From the IMG/VR virus record IMGVR_UViG_3300027896_000041, positions 1 to 61,128 of that record: a DNA stretch of 61,128 nt, one strand, 5' to 3'. The first letter of the stretch is position 1. Every line of letters begins with the position of its first letter. The notes below the pieces were generated by a model. The model was given only the letters and a program-made list of their open reading frames with translations, had not been told where the DNA came from and did no database searches. This document shows, piece after piece, positions 60,179 to 61,128 of this stretch. This DNA comes from a virus. Its lineage: Duplodnaviria > Caudoviricetes. The position numbers and the translations under genes were made by a program.

Positions 60179-60230
60179 ATTTAAATCCTTTTAATTTATT
60201 CAGATCTTAAACTATTCATACTCTTAAAAT

Positions 60231-60911
60231 TTAATGTTGAGCTATTCTAGACATAACACCGCCCTGACCAATGATTGCGGTTTTAAGTCTTAAAAACTCA
60301 TTGGCCATTAAATCATAATTAGCATAATCTTTTTGACGCAACATCATAAGATAAAGCATATTTCCTGCTTCATCTGTGTTTCCTACTGTAATAGTAACAT
60401 CTGATGCTATAATACCACTGGTTCTAAGTATTGGAGTCCACATATTAGTAAGAAAATCAACATAAATATTTTCTAACATTTTTAGTGAAGGTGATTTAGC
60501 ATTCTGATATTCTTGTTCTGTTAGTGGACGAATCTTAGTAATTGTAATTTGATTTGTATTAATCAGACCTTCTGGAACTGGTCCGGTAAATGAACCCAAT
60601 GCCATAACCGTCCAATCAATACCGCCCATTGTTACATCATCCATCTGAAGTTTATCTAGGGCATCTATATACGTCATCGTACTAGATACTTTTTGAATTC
60701 GGCCATCGATATTATAAAATACATAATTAGTTTGAACAGGAATATCAGCCTTTAATCCCTTAACTTTTACTTGCATTGATGGTTTTGTTAAGTTATAAAC
60801 CTTATTGATTTTAACTTGCGTAGACTCTGTTTTTTTATTATAAAGCCTACCACCATAAAAAGATAAGCCAACCAACCCTATTATCGATACTGCCATTATT
60901 ATTTTTTTCAT
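60231..60911 (-). CDS. Hypothetical protein with N-terminal membrane anchor
   Basis: AGGAG RBS; hydrophobic N-terminus. Confidence 0.6.
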   Translation of the reverse strand: MKKIIMAVSIIGLVGLSFYGGRLYNKKTESTQVKINKVYNLTKPSMQVKVKGLKADIPVQTNYVFYNIDGRIQKVSSTMTYIDALDKLQMDDVTMGGIDWTVMALGSFTGPVPEGLINTNQITITKIRPLTEQEYQNAKSPSLKMLENIYVDFLTNMWTPILRTSGIIASDVTITVGNTDEAGNMLYLMMLRQKDYANYDLMANEFLRLKTAIIGQGGVMSRIAQH

Positions 60912-60920
60912 ATTTCTCCT

Positions 60921-61128
60921 TTAAAACCAAGTACTGCCTGTTAACGAAATCTGACCGCCTACAAGTTTAAGATTATCTGTTGTTCCTAATACATTAGTGT
61001 CCCATCTCATAATCGTTCCATTATATGCTACATGACCATTTTGTGGTGTTACTCCCGTGGTAAGATTACCCTGTGTAGTAATTATACTCCCCCAGTTTGA
61101 ACCAACTGAACTACCAACATTATTAAAA
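60921..61128 (-). CDS. C-terminus of a probable tail/structural gene, truncated by the window edge
   Basis: Open frame ...NGTIMRWDTNVLGTTDNLKLVGGQISLTGSTWF*; Gly/Thr/Asn-rich. Confidence 0.5.
   Translation of the reverse strand, partial: FNNVGSSVGSNWGSIITTQGNLTTGVTPQNGHVAYNGTIMRWDTNVLGTTDNLKLVGGQISLTGSTWF

Noticed and set aside
1-61128. Stop-codon reassignment (alternative genetic code)
   Set aside because: Long conserved genes (RNAP, topoisomerase) are intact in the standard code, all three stops end genes, and no suppressor tRNA is seen
1-61128. CRISPR array, reverse transcriptase/retron/DGR, integrase
   Set aside because: No regularly spaced repeats, and no RT or recombinase motifs noticed in the ORFs

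Overview
This is an AT-rich segment of a large (jumbo-type) tailed dsDNA phage genome, almost entirely minus-strand, using the standard genetic code. The left ~25 kb is a tRNA-rich accessory region. It holds 11 apparently intact tRNAs, a chimeric tRNA-Phe, a tmRNA, two ORF-less group I introns (tmRNA T-loop; tRNA-Thr anticodon loop), free-standing putative homing endonucleases, CoaD/CoaE-like enzymes, a peptidyl-tRNA hydrolase and many small hypotheticals. The middle carries an SF2 helicase, QueD, type II topoisomerase A/B, a radical SAM enzyme, a probable SSB and a phage-encoded two-barrel RNA polymerase (beta' then beta). The beta subunit has an N-terminal domain that is duplicated as a stand-alone gene between the two subunits. 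The right end has dCMP deaminase, thymidylate kinase, three small proteins sharing a leader, an amidase, and PAAR, tail-collar and gp5/VgrG baseplate genes. The most unusual signals are the RNAP accessory-domain duplication, antisense endonuclease cassettes bracketed by an intact tRNA and a tRNA remnant, two class-I tRNAs with long variable arms, scrambled or permuted tRNA halves, orphan structured RNAs and a recurring GAAYAAAT promoter-like motif. All calls come from reading motifs and base-pairing by eye; no database search or folding program was run.
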